64,000 nucleotides of DNA from Piromyces finnis finn (GCA_002104945.1 MCFH01000071.1:124001-188000); one strand, 5' to 3'; shown: positions 34,155 to 57,396, counted from the first letter of the stretch. Program-made: numbers and translations. The notes: generated by a model from the sequence alone, not told the origin.

Positions 34155-42381
<8,227 letters not shown>

Positions 42382-42640
42382 ATTACTTTAATTATATTAA
42401 ATTTTAGAAATAAATTATAGGATACTGTTTTATTTAATTATTATTTCATATAAAAATTATATATATTTATTTTTATTTTATTTTATTCTCAATTTTCAAT
42501 TTTCGTTGATATTATTGTTGTTTTTGCTTAAATACGAATTAAATTTCTTTTTTAAATTACTTTTATTATATTATTACTATATTTTTCTTTTCAAACTTCT
42601 TTTATTTTTACTTTAATTTGTTATTTTTTAATTAGTATTG

Positions 42641-42692
<52 letters not shown>

Positions 42693-45419
42693 TTTATTTA
42701 CTTTTTCCTTTTATTTATTTGCTTAGTATTCAATTATTGAATTATTGTAATTAATATATATATATGTGTGTATAAATAGATACCTATTTTTATTCTTATT
42801 CTTTATATATATATATATATATGATATATGTATATATAAATGGTATGTGATTATTTGTTTTTGTTTTTGTTTTTTGTTTTCTTTCTTGTTATTTATATCG
42901 TTTATATTTTTCGAATTTACTTTATTGTTTTCATTATAATATGGAAGTTATTAATAAATTATTTAACTTTTTAAATATAACTGAAATAATAAATATTTTA
43001 TATTTTATACTATTATGTTTTTTCTTAGTTTTTTTGCTTTTTATTTTTTTTTTTTGTTTTGTTTTGCTAATAAATATGAGATTTGCCTTTGTAATTGTTT
43101 ATTCTTATGTTACAGTTAATATTTATATATAAATATGATTCCCTTTTTTTTTTTAAGAAAATATGTTTATAGATAATATATAATAAATAAATATTTTTTT
43201 GCTTTCAACAACGTTTATGTTTTATCTTTAATTTTTTAATTATAAATATATTTTCATTTTCTTTTTTATTTTTTTTATAATTATAAATAGTTTTTTTTGT
43301 TGTTGTTGTTGTTGTTTTTCTTAAATTTAACTATAAATATAAAAAGAAGAAAAAAAAAAAAAAAAAATTCGTTTATTGAATAATAAATAAAATTTTATAA
43401 ATTAAAAAAGAGATTAAAAATTTAATTAAAAATAATTAATTTTCCCACCACAAAAATTGCACTTTTATGAATGGAGAGTGGTGGTAGGATAGGATTAACA
43501 ATAATGAATTGATTATGATAATGAACTTTTTATATATAACAATAGCAATGTCAACAACGGACAACAACCCAGACAATAATAATAATTAATAATAAGAATA
43601 GAATAATAAAAAGTATCAATAATGTTTTTTTATTATTATTATCATTATTTCATTTTTCATTATATATTAATTTGGTTTTTTTAAACTTTATCCTTTGTTA
43701 AACCCATAAACACATAAACAAAATAGTATGTATCAAGTATATTATTTCTTATTAAATAGGTACAATTTATATTACATAAAATGCACCAAAAGTATACAAC
43801 AGAGTAAAGATTTATATTATAAACCATACATACATTTAAGCAATTATTTTCTTCAATTAAAAAGTAAAATCAATATAATCTTTTTTTAATATAATAAACT
43901 ATAATAAATTATAATTATTTTTTTCTTTTTTTTCTCATACTTCTTTTTCTTTTTCTAAAACTTCATTTTTGCCTTCCTTTTACCTCAAAAATAAAAAAAA
44001 AAAATAATTTTGGCCGTTACTTTATAATTAAATAATATATTAATAATATTATTGGAATGGATTATTTAATATATTTTAATATTTATTATTTATTTTTATT
44101 AAATTTTTCCTTAAAAAAAATCTATAAATTTATTTAGTTTATTAATATTTATTCGTTTATTTATTTATTTAATAATTAGTCTTTTATTTAAAAATATTTA
44201 TTTAATTATCTATTTGATAGTTATTTATTAATTTATTTATTTATTAATATTTATTTATTTTTTCATCCATTTAATAATATTTATTTATTTATTCATTTAT
44301 TTATTTACCTCTTTTTGCCTTTTTTTGATAACAATTTTATCATAACTTTATTATTATTTTAGGTTACACCAACATTTCTTACCGTTCAAATAATAAATTA
44401 TTAGAACCAATAAATTTAATGTTACACAAGAACTATTTTTGCTGTATCATTTTCAAAAAAAAAAATCAACGTGTACGCAAGAAATTATCTAAAAGGGTTA
44501 TTTTTTTATGCAAAAAAAAGAATGAGGTATTAAAAGAAAGAGTATTAAAAGTAGTAATATTATAAATAATGTAACGGTTGTGATATCTTCATCAAATAAA
44601 TAATATTTAATTACTTTATTATTCAATGTTAAACCTAATAATAAAAAGATTTTTAAAAAAATTAATATTAAATGAGTTAAAATTTAATGTTATATTAACA
44701 ATGTCATTTAAAAACTTTTATAATATTAAACATTATCGTATTGGATAAATATAAAAATATAGAAATAGTCAACATAACATTTATTTTTTTATTACATTAT
44801 GATTTTTAACTGAGAAAGTTGGGTATGTAAAAAAAAAAATATTAATAAAAATATCAAAGACAAAAATTATTATTTTATTACTTTACTTTTCCTTTTTTTA
44901 AAATAGGAATATGTAAATTAGTGTGTTTTTTAACTATACATTAGATATATTCATTTTTGGCATAAATAGTATCTAATACCAATAAAAAAAAAAAACACTA
45001 ATTAGTTCATTTATAGTTATTACCTACTTTTTTAGTTATTAATTGTGAAAATCAAAACCTTTTCAATATAATTCAATTTAATGTTATATACTATAATTAA
45101 AACAATTAAAATATAATGTTATTAAAGCAATAGAGTTGAAAAAGATATATGTAATTATTTTCATAAATTCTTAAATACTTAAATACATTATTTTTTTTTC
45201 TATATAATAAGACTTTTTTTTTTGAAAAGATTAATTTTTATTTTAAAATCATTAAATCCTAACCTTTGTAATATTATATTTTAATTTCAAAATAAAAAAT
45301 ACTTAAGTATTATATAAGGTTGAAATAAAAACAATAAAAAGTATCATATAAAATGGCATAATATTGTGATGAGAGAATTATTAACAAATGTTACTTTTTT
45401 TTAGCATTAACTATAATAA

Positions 45420-45485
45420 AGTAGTTATAATAAAAACAATCAAACTAACTAACTAACTAACTAACTAACTAGCTAACTAACTAAC

Positions 45486-45549
<64 letters not shown>

Positions 45550-45615
45550 AAATAAATAAATAAATAAATAAATAAATACATGCATAAATAATAACTAAAT
45601 AAATAACTAAATAAA
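45420..45615. repeat. Compound (TAAC)n-(TAAA)n tetranucleotide microsatellite
   Basis: Direct reading. Confidence 0.9.
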
Positions 45616-46075
45616 TAAATAATTATTAAATGAATGAATTATTATTATATATGTAAATTATTAATCTAATCCTTTATATATAAATATATATTTTAAAAAT
45701 TAAATTCTGTAATATATTAATGACCAATCAAATTTCTTTTTATTTTAAATTTTTTTTTTTTTAAAGATTTACAATTAAAACTATCAAAAAAAAAAAAAAT
45801 AGAAGAAAAATTTTGATTAAATTTTAAAAATTATATAAATGTACCATATTTAAATTTTTTTTTTTTTAAAAAAGAATTATATTTAGTACATTATTATTTT
45901 TAATTTAAATCCCAATTTATATATAATTTAAACCAAATTAATATATATTTTTTTTAATAATAGAAGCGTAATTAACAATATATTTATTTAGTTATAGGGA
46001 TTTAAATTAATTTTCTTCGAAACTTTTTTATTATTTATTATAAACTTGTTTTTTTTTTTTATTTAACATTTCAAC

Positions 46076-49000
46076 ATGGAAGAAGATATGTACTCTAATG
46101 AAATGTTTGTGAAGATTCGTTCACAAATAAATTCTTCACTTGAAAATCAAAAAGAAGTAAATATTAGTGTTGTTATTTTTTTGAAAGATAAAAAAATATT
46201 TTGTATATATATTTTTTTTATAAAAGAAAATTTTCACGTAAAGGTTAATAATCAAAAATATTAAATTAAAATATAAAATGCATTATAGGCTGCACTTGTT
46301 TTACAAGCTGTAGATCAAACTATTAGAGAACAAGGTCAAACTCCAAATGCTGTAGCATACTTTGCTGCATTGGTATATATTTTATTCATTATTTAATATA
46401 TTTATCTAAAATATATAACTGTAATGTATTAATAATATTTTTTATAATCTAAAAGATGACTGTTTTAGACCAACAAAAAGATTTAGACAACCTTAATATT
46501 ATTTCAGCAATTACTTATTTATTATCCATTGTTTTCCCAAGGTATATATATTTAAATATTATTAAATTAAGACATTCAGAATAAAAATAGTTTTTCAATT
46601 CATTATGTTTTCACCGAAAATTTTTCTTTTCAAAAACATTAGTTAAAAAAAGTCAAAAGTTATTAATTTTAATTTTTTTATTCTTAAATTTGTTATCTAT
46701 CATAATTATTAAAATAATTATTTAAATGTAAATCAATTATATGCTCGCTTTTATTTTTTTTTTGGTAATAAAAGACTTCCAGCCACAATCTTAAAGGTCA
46801 AATTCCAAGATATTTCAGTCATTCTTTCTTCAGTCTTAGAAAAGTATCAATCTCACGCTCCACTTGCTAGATCTATTATTAGTTGTTTTGAATGTGTTTT
46901 AATTGCACAAGATTCTGTTATATGGAATTCCGATACAGCAAAGAGAATCTTCCAAGTTATTATTATATTGGCTATTGATGATAGACCAAAGGTTAGAAAG
47001 AGAGCTCAAGATGCTATTAGAAAAATTTTATATAATCCACCACCACCATCTGTACAACATCCAGCCACTGGTACTGTTACTGATTTTTGTATTAAAATTT
47101 TAAAAGATATGGTTAATGCTCCAGCTAAACGTAAGGAAAAGGAACAACAAGTTTACCATGTTTTAGGATTTTTAAAATCAATCATTATTGCTCTTGCATT
47201 ACAAGGTGGTTCAGAACGTAATCGTCACAAGCTCTCAAATTTAGTTGATACTTTATTAAAATTACCAGTTGTTTATGCTGGCTCAGGTAACACTATTATT
47301 ACTCAATGGGTATTCCAAGTTTTAGAAGTTTTATTATTAGCTGGAAAGAATGATAATCCAAATGTTATTGAACAAGTTCAATTAGATGTTAAATTAATTG
47401 ATAATGTTATAAATTCTTTAATGAATATTATGCCAAATCAACAAGATATTATTTTAACTCCATTATGGTTAAATTTAGTAAAACAATCTTTCTTACGTAT
47501 GGCTGAATTAATTAATGAACAAACATCAAATGATGATATGGTTGAAGATGCTGAAATGATTCATCAACAACAACAATACATTTATACCCAACATCCACAG
47601 TTACTTTCTAATTTTATTAATGTCACTTTCCCAGTTTTAATGAATGAAAGTTCAAAGGCTGTTATTTTCATGAATGCTGCAGAATGTTACATTGAAATTA
47701 TTAAAAATGGTATGACTAAGCCAATTTTAGAACAAACTCTTATTCAAAAGGAAACTCCAATAACTTTAATGATTAATTTGGCTGGTAAAAGTTTGGGTGA
47801 TATTAAATATAGAAATTCATGGGGTTCAATTCTTTTAATTATTGAAGCTTTATTTGATGTAAGTTTTTTTTGAAGAATATGATAATATATTTGAATATAT
47901 ATATGTATATTTTAATGGATACAGTAAACTATTTGAATGCTTTAAAAGTTTAATTTTATTATAAACTCTAATATTTTAAATATATAATATTATATATTAT
48001 ATGTTACATAATTAATTTATTTTGTTATCAAATATATATTTATACTAAATTTATTTTTATTCTGTGATTTCTTTTGGATATATTAAAAAAAATAGGTTCT
48101 TCAACAAGATTCACTTCCATTATTAGAAGAAATTTTATTAGTTGTCATGTCTATTCGTGATGATACCGATTACAACTCATCTTTTATTTTCAAATCTGAA
48201 TTAGACAGTGTAATTATGGCCTCAGTTCGTGCTATTGGTATGGAAAACTTTGAGACTTTAGTTCCATTAAATATTGAAAGAGAAAATCCAGATGCTCCAG
48301 TCAGACCATATCTTTTATCTATTTTCACTAAAGCTTTAGCTGCTAATCAAAGTTCTTCTAAATTCGGTAACAATTCATTAAAATTCTATAGTGTCTATTT
48401 CTTACCATTAGCTAAAAGATTATACACCAAGAGTGCTGAATACTGGAAACAAGGTAAATTTACTGAATCCAAGCTTTTTGAAACTTTAGCTACTCAAGTT
48501 TGGCAAATTTTCCCAGAATTATGTGGTTCCATGCCAGGTGATGTTAAGCAATCCTTCCATTTAATTGTACAACACTTAGGTATGATTTTACAACAGCCAA
48601 TCGAAAAAATCTATCCAAATTTATCTTCCAAACCAGAATTACGTCCATTAGTTTGTGCTGGTCTTCAAGACTTAATTAACAAGAACTATGATATTATTAA
48701 TAATCCAAAGGAAGCTGTCACCGATGAAGTTGTTTGGAAGGCTAAGAATAATTTAACTGAAATTAAAAAGTATGTTGCGAAATTCTTAGCTACTCTTTGT
48801 AATGTTTTTACTAATGTTTCATTAGAAACTTTAGAAAGTATTAAAAAGGGTAATGTTAGTGCTTTCTATGAAAAGGAAAGATTAGCTTATGAAGATACTA
48901 TCGGTAGTTGCTTAAAGATCGCCGATGATAAGGATATTTCTGACTACTTTAAGAATTTAGTTAAAACTCTTCTTCAATCACAAATCAACAATAATGGTAA

Positions 49001-51400
49001 TGAAGGCCAAAAGAATAATGCTCAAGATCTTCAAAAAACTTATAGATTATACTACATTCTTGATTTAATGTTAGTTTTCTTACCACATTTACCAGAAATG
49101 AAGGAACCAGGTAATGTTGATGAAAATAACCCAGTTGTTTTATATTACAAGGTTTTAATCGGTCAAATTAATGATACTGATTCTATGATTCAAAAGAAGA
49201 CCTATAAATCATTATCAACTCTTATTTCCAATGTTAAAGATAAACCAGAATTCTTAAAGGTTATTAACATTGAAGAACTTATTTCTCAACTTATTGATCC
49301 ACAAGTTATTATGAAGTTATCAGCCAACAGTGGTGTTAAAAAATTACGTACTAACACTTTAATTAGCGCTGTCAGTGCTATTAATCCAGAGCAATCTGAA
49401 ATTCTTTTACAAATTGTTCCAATTATTCTTTCCGAAATTATTCTCGGTACTAAGGAAGTTAATGAAAAGACTAGAAATACTTCCTATGATGGTATTGTTA
49501 TTATGGGTAAAAAGATGCTTGAAATCGGTAAATTAAATGAACAAAATAGTATGATGGGTGAAGGTCAAAGTACATCTACAAACAATTCATTTGATATGTC
49601 TAGATTAAATAATGATATTTCTTCAATTGATGAAAGCAACAAGAAGGTTAATGTTAATTTGAATGAATACTTTATGATGGTAGTAGCTGGTTTAGCTGGT
49701 TCTTCACCACACATGCAAGCTGCCACTATTGGTTGTTTATCTAGATTATTATACGAATTTAGAGATGACATGGACAAGCAATTAATTAAGGAACTTTTAA
49801 CTACTGTTATGTATTTCATGAATTCCTTAAGTCGTGAAGTCTTAAAGGCTGTTCTTGGTTTTGTCAAGGTTGCTATTGTTTGCTTAGAACAAGAACTTTT
49901 AGAAGATTTCGTTGAATTAATTGTAAGTAGCAAAGAAATTTATATCTAATTGCAAAAATATAGTAATTTGGTGTTGATTGTAAATTGGTTATGTTTTTTT
50001 TCTTATTTTATGAAAACCATCAATGGCCCATAATATATATATTATGGAAATAAATATTAACTAATAAATATATATATATTTATGGAAACAATCATCAACA
50101 AATATAATATATTTTCATGGAAATAATTATAAACTAACAAATAATATTTTATATATTAATTATTAGATTACATCTATTTTATCTTGTTCTAAAGATAAAA
50201 AGTCTCACTTTAAGACCAAGGTTCGTCACATTTTTGAACGTTTAATTAGAAAGTTCAGCTATGAAGTTGTTGAAGGTTTTGTTCCAGAAGACAGTAAGAA
50301 ATTAATTGTTAATATTCGTAAGAGACGTGACAGAGCCAAGAGAAAGAGTAACAATGAGAAGAAGGATGAAGAAAATAAGAACAAAGAAAAAACTAATGAA
50401 AATTACGAAAAAACTATGTATGATAGTGAAAGTGATTTAGGTAGTGGTGATGAAGGATCAGATGATGAAGATGAAGATATGGATAGTTTCCTTCCAGATC
50501 ATTTCAAGACCTCAAATAAAACTAAAAAGCATGATGGTACTTGGATTAAGGAATCTGAAGATGCTATTGATTTCTTAGATCCACGTATTGTTTCTAGGGT
50601 TATTGGTACAAAAGAATCTACTATTGATGGTAGTAAGAGAAAGAATAAGAAGGATATCTTTAAGCGTAATGATTCTGGTAAGATGATTATTAATGATTCT
50701 GATGAAGAAGGTAATAATGGTAATGACATGGAAGAAGCTGCCGAAGAAGATTACTACATGCAAAGTGTTAAGAGTGCTGATAGATTCACTCGTACACCAT
50801 CTGGTCGTGTTAAGTTTAATAAAACTCAAACCAAGCGTGGAAGAAGTGAAGATGATGACTTTATGGATGAAGATGACTACACCGAAGAAAAGAGTAACAA
50901 GCGTGGTAAGGGTGAAAACGGTAAGATTGCTAATATGCTTGGTAAAAACTATAAGGCTAAGGTAATTGGATTATTAATTATATAGTGAAAAAAATAAAGT
51001 CAACCATATAGTACAAATCAATTCCTAATATGTTTTTACAATTTATTTTAAATTAGAATGCTGCTGGTGATGTCAAAAAGAAGAACCAATTGGATCCATA
51101 TGCTTACATTCCATTAAACTCTAAGATTGTTGGAAACAAGTAATTATTTTTTTTCTGTTTTTAATAAAATCTTAAATTATAAATATAAAAAGTTTAATTG
51201 TTATTCAATTATAATCAATACTCATTTTTAATTTTTAATTTTTTTTTTTTTTTAAAAAAATTAGACGTAAGTCAGCAAAGGTTGCTGGTTCATTTAAAAA
51301 CATTATTCGTGCTGCTCAAAAGGGTAGTGCCGAAGGTCATAATTCTGCAAGAAAACAAAGAATCGCTCAAACAAGAAAAGGAAACAAAAAACACAAATAA
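46076..51400 (+). CDS. RRP12: Ribosome biogenesis/export factor Rrp12 (NUC173, HEAT-like); multi-exon
   Basis: N-terminal AVDQTIREQGQTPNAVAYFAAL, then LAIDDRPKVRKRAQDAI, QKKTYKSL, EIILGTKEVNEKTR, AGLAGSSPHMQAAT, REVLKAVLGFVKV, KVRHIFERLIRKF, and C-terminal AGDVKKKNQLDPYAYIPL are all Rrp12 blocks. The last exon ends ...GNKKHK* at 51400. Confidence 0.93.
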
Positions 51401-51888
51401 ATCAATTAATGAAATAAGCCATGATAGCCCTTTTTTTTCATAATATCTAATGTTTTTAAATTATTAGTCTTTTTTTTTTCTTTAATCCCATTTATTTATA
51501 CACATACTATAGTATCTGATTTTATATTATTTTAAACATAAAAATAAATATTTATTCTATTTATCATTTTACTTTAAAAAAAAAAAAAAACATATCAGCA
51601 TGTTTTTTATTAGAATTTCACAAAATGTAGAATTTTTTTTTTTTTTTACTTTTTAAAATTTTAACACAAAGAATCATAATAATAAAATAGATAATTAAAA
51701 AAAAAAGTTTATTTTTTTTATAAGTTTGAAAATCTTTGAATTGAAAATGAAAAAAGGATAGTGGAAGTAAAAACATATCAAAAACAAGAAAAGTAAAAAG
51801 TAGGACTATGGTTAATGCTTTTAAATTCATGCATAGAAAAAGGTTACAAAATTTTATTTTTTATTAATTAAAACGTTTTTAATTTTAA

Positions 51889-51922
<34 letters not shown>

Positions 51923-52269
51923 ATATCTCCAAAAAAATTTTTTTTTCCTTTTTTTATTTCTAATTATTTTTTCCTTCATTCTTTAAAGAAAAAGGCTTCC
52001 CTCTTACTCCGCCAGTAACAACAACAAAAAACATCGATTTTTTAGGTGAAAAAAAATTTTTTTTAAAAAAATATAATATATGATCAATATATTATATTAT
52101 ATTAGATAATATATTGTAAATAAATTGACTATATAATTTTAGTCAATCATCGATCAGAATTTTTTGTGGCAGTGTATTGTGATTGGTAAAAATAAAAAAA
52201 GAGAATAGTTAACAAAAATGAAATTTCACTAATTAGTTTTAATCTTTCTCTTTTTTAAATTAGTTAATC

Positions 52270-53416
52270 ATGGGTAAATATTATATGTTGTATTTATGGA
52301 TTAAATGAAATAAAAAAAGAGATGTTTATGTTTTTATAATTATGAATGGATGAATAAAAATTTTAAATAAAAAAAGTTTTGTAAAAAAATAATGTGGTAT
52401 ATGTTGGTGGTAGCGTTATTATTTATAATGGTATAATGTTCATTATAAATAATAAAGGGAAAAGAATGTAATGTTTAATGAGTAAATAATAATAAAAATT
52501 ATTATTATGGATAAAATTAAAAGAAAAATGTAAATAATTCTATTCATATTAAAACGAAACTCTCTTTAAATGTATAAAAAATGAAAATGAATCAATTTAT
52601 TAACATTTTTATGAATTTTAAAAATAGGTATTAGCAGAGACAGTCGTCACAAGCGTAACGCTACCGGTGCCAAGCGCGCCCAATACCGTAAGAAGAGAAA
52701 GTTCGAAATGGGTCGTCAAAACTCTTTAACTAAGCTCGGAAGCAAGAAGATCCACACCATCAGAGTTAGAGGTGGTAATCTTAAGTACAGAGCCTTAAGA
52801 TTAGATAGCGGTAACTTCTCCTGGGGTTCCGAAACTATTACCCGTAAGACTCGTATTGTTGCTGTTGTCTACAACGCCTCTGATAACGATCTTGTCCGTA
52901 CTAACACTCTTGTCAAGAACGCCATTGTTCAAATTGATGCTGCTCCATTCAGACAATGGTACGAAACCCACTACGGTGTCGTTCTCGGAAAGAAGAAGGT
53001 AAATTTTAGTTGAAATAGATAAATTATAAAAATGAATATATTGTATAAAATGATGAATGTGTAATTAATTATGAATTTATCCTTTATTTTGAATAATAAA
53101 GGCCGATGAAGAAACTACCAAGGTCTCCAACAAGGTCCAACGTAAGCACGAATCCCGTAAGGCTCAAGCTGAAATTGAATCTAACATCAAGGACCAATTC
53201 GCTGCTGGTCGTCTCTACGGTAATTATCATAAATAATAATAGTAGACAAATAAAAAAAATGAAATGGTAAAAGTGCAATGATGTTAATAATACATATTTT
53301 ATAATATAATAGCCTGTATCTCCTCCCGTCCAGGTCAATCCGGTCGTGCCGATGGTTACATCTTAGAAGGAAAGGAACTCGACTTCTACGTCAGAAAGAT
53401 TAAGTCTAAGAAGTAA
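52270..53416 (+). CDS. RPS8: 40S ribosomal protein S8 (eS8); 4 exons (52270-52273, 52628-52998, 53102-53219, 53313-53416)
   Basis: [32 protein letters not shown]...[20 protein letters not shown]...[26 protein letters not shown]. Confidence 0.98.
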
Positions 53417-54396
53417 AAAGTGTATTAATATCAATATACATGTTTTAATACAATTTTTGACAACCTTAAATAAAGATAAAATTAAAAAAAATAAAGATTT
53501 TTTTAATGTTCATGTTTTTTTGAGTAAATATATTTTAAAAATAAAATATAATTTTTTTTAGTATTTTAAATATTTATTATATATAATATTTAAGAGTAGT
53601 GTGAATTATTATTTTAATAAACGAGATTAACATATAACAAATTTTATAAGAGTAAAAAGCAGTAAAAGAGGACGATACAAATTCTTTTAAGTATATTTAA
53701 AAAAAGTAATGTTTGTTAATTATGATAATTTTTTTTGCGAAAAGAAAAAAAGGAGTTCTATATTTTTGAAGAGGAAGAGGTTTTTTAACTTAAGTTATTT
53801 GGATCTTACAACAGTGAAGGATACACCAAATACGAAAAGAAGAGGATGAATTGTAGAAAATGTGAATCTTTAGTTTACTGAAAAAAAAAAATATCACAAA
53901 GTATGTAGTAGAATATTGCCACCTAAAAAGTTTTTATAATTTTATGGTTATAAAATGTAGTTTACCCCGAGGCAAATTGGTTTCACTTTTAAGTTTTTTT
54001 TTTTTTTTTTACAGTAAATTTTTATTCAATGTTAATCTTGGAAATTAGAAACATTTTAATATTTGAAAGGAAAGGGAAAAAAAAAAAAATTCTCTCTTTT
54101 TTTTTTTTTTTGTTTTTCGTTTTTATTTTCAAGGTAAAGTTTTCGCATCATAAATAAACGATGCTATTTTCTCATTTATTTTATGATGCTATTGTTTCCC
54201 TTATACATTTCAAAAATAAAAAAATAAAAACTTTTTTTTTTTCTCATCTCCATTCCAATCCAATAAGCTACAATAAAATACAATAAAAAATAAAAAAATA
54301 AAAAATAAAAAAAAGAGACTTTGTAATATTCAATGATACTGACTAAAAAATTTATAGTATAGGAAAATAAAAAAAAAAATAAATAAAAATATTTCA

Positions 54397-54427
<31 letters not shown>

Positions 54428-54593
54428 GTTAGTATGGTTACTGCGCAATCATTAAAATTATTTTTTTAATTGTTATTTGTTGTTTGTTGGCGTTGTTGTT
54501 TTCAATATTTTATTTATTTAGAAGAGGCTAAAAAAAAAAAAAAATCATGTTTATGACCTAAAATAAAAATTAAAAAATAAATCTTTAATAATG

Positions 54594-54648
<55 letters not shown>

Positions 54649-55196
54649 TAAAATCTTTAAAAATATATTACCTACAACAGTAATTATTTTTTTTTTTTAA
54701 TATAAACCTAATTTGAATACTATTTTTTTTTATATAAATTTCATTTAAAAAAAAAAAAAAAAAAAAAGGTTAAAAAGAATGCCTTGGATATATTCATTCG
54801 TAGTTGATTGGGATAATGAAGGATACTACCAGAATTAAAATAGAATAAAGTTGATTATTATTCCTAAACATAATCATAACTCCCCCGGCTATCTTTGTAT
54901 CTGTCGTTATTATAGTAATACCGAAACTATTTTTTTTTTTTTTTTCATCATCATCATCATCATTAAATTTTAAATTGTTCTTTTATCAATACAATTCAAA
55001 GTATCTTTGTCCTCACTTAACTTTCTTGACCTTTTTTTTTAACTCTTTTCTCCAAAATACATAGAAGAAACCATATTATTTATTTAATAAATTTTGTTGA
55101 AAAAGAAAAGGGAAAAGACAAGTAATAATTCAATTTATAAACATTTCCCTCTTTTTTTTTTTTCTTTTTCGGCGGCAATCTATAGATGAAGCATTA

Positions 55197-55231
<35 letters not shown>

Positions 55232-57396
55232 AATGATAAAAACAAAAAATAAAGGTTCAATAGAATAAACAGTTTTTACCACATTCATCAAAGTTTTTAT
55301 ATTCCAATAGATAAGAGGATTTCACAACTTTTTTTTTTTTTTTTTTTTTTTTACTAAAAATCATTGTTTAGGTAAAACCATTGAAAGGTTATCAAGAACA
55401 CTAATGTTGTAGTGATAGAGCAAAGGAAGGTTCTGTAGGATTCTGTATATATAATCAGATGACCAGATTTAATATTACCATTTTCATTTTCTTGAATGGA
55501 AATCTTAATAATTCCATAGGAAAGAGAAAGAGTGGGTTGAATGGACATACACACACGCCATATTATTCTACTTGATAATGTAAACTTTTATTATTTCTTT
55601 TTTTTTAAAATAAAAAAAAAAAAATTAGATAGAGGGAGTAAGAAGGGAAGTATAAATCCTGTCTCCATACAATACATTTACAGTATAAATGGCAAAGTTT
55701 ATCAAACTATACCAATAGTTTTTATATACATTATTTTTTTTTTTTTTTTTTATTATTATTTTGTTATCGATAGTCATGGGTAACCTTACCTAATATAAAG
55801 GTTATAATATATAATTTTTAAGAAAAAAAAGGGAGAAACACTAAAAAAAAAAAACAAAAAAAAAAAAAAAAAAATTAAAAAAACATTTAATTCCAGATAG
55901 TTCACTGTTGAACTTTTAATCAATTATATATATATATATGGTTCATATAGTTTATACCATTAATTAAGAATGCTTTCATATTTAAAATAAAAAAAAAATA
56001 TATATATAAGAGTATCAAGTTCAATACTAAAGATAAAGCCAATACTTTGCCAAAACAATCATTGAAAATTCTAATATTTTTTTCTTTGTTTTATATTGTT
56101 TTTGGTTTGTTTTGTTTTCCTTTTCACCTCCTTCTTCTATGCTATCATTTAATTTTTTTTTTTTTTTTTTTTTTTTTGATGATGATGATAAAAGAAGGAG
56201 ATTCTATCTGACATTCATTAAAGGCAACAACAACAACTCTATACTATTATTTTTTAAAAAAAAAAAAAAAAAGACTAGAAACTACATCCTACCCATTTTT
56301 TTTTATTCATTATATTTATTTGTGTTTAAATTTATTTTAAAATACATGTAAATATATATATTGATAATTTTTATCTCTTTATTAGAGTAACCATGAAAGT
56401 CTTGATATAATTGTTGTCATTTAAATTATTTAATTGACCTTTTACCAACAATAAACCTAAATATGAATACTATTTAAAAAAAAAAAAAATAAAATAAAAT
56501 TGGATAATCCTGTTTGTCAATTACATTATTATCTAATTGTAGGAAGAGATGATTTTATAATTTATTGAAATTAAACATAAATATAGAGAGTTTATAAAGC
56601 ATACTTCTTTACCTATTTACCTCACCTCACACTCCTATTCCTATTATCCTATTATCCCTCTTTAAAAGAAAAAAAAATCAATTAACTGCACGATTTACCA
56701 TAAAAAAAATTTTTTTTATATAGTTCAATGAATTTGTTAATATTAAAAAAAAAAAAAACTTTTTTAATACTAATTTTATTTTTATTATTTATTATTTATT
56801 ATTTATTGTTGTTGTTGTTGTTGTTGTTATTTTATTTTGTTATTGTTATTATTTATAAAAAAAAATATATATGACATTGATATATATATTTAATGGAACT
56901 AGGTTGTTGCCGTTTTTTTTTTTTTTTTTCATTATCCTTGAATTTAAAAATTACTTTCTTTCACTCGTCCTCCGGTCATTTTGAAAATTTTATTTGTTCT
57001 ATGATTAGTAAAAAAGGTTATTTTTTATTTTTTTTTTTTTTTTTTTACAAACATAAAATAATGCATCATATATATATAGTTTATCTAATATCAATAATAA
57101 AAAAAAAAAGGAATCCACCTACTAATTTATTTTAATAATAGATATAATTATATTATCTTTTTTCTTTTGAAAAAAAAAAAAAAGGTTTCAAAAATGTTAG
57201 GTAATGAAAGATTAGCAATAAACTTTCTATCTTTTTTTTTTTTTTTAATATCATTTCCACAGTCTTAATTTGTACAAACTAACTATATTTCCTTTTTTAT
57301 TTGATATACTACTATGTAGTAATTGTATATAATGAAATTATATTTCCCTTTTTCACAGGATATCCAATTTTTTAAGTCGTTATATATAAATAAATC

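Noticed and set aside
52040-52150. RRPE-like motif and 8-bp inverted repeat (attgacta..tagtcaat) upstream of RPS8
   Set aside because: A/T-only motifs and short hairpins are expected by chance at this base composition.
52274-53312. Intronic snoRNAs in RPS8 (vertebrate RPS8 hosts several)
   Set aside because: An atgatga occurs in intron 2, but no properly spaced CTGA D box or terminal stem was found.
53810-53885. Box C/D snoRNA candidate downstream of RPS8 (ggatga...ctga)
   Set aside because: The C box is imperfect, the C-D spacing is too short, and no rRNA-complementary guide was recognised.
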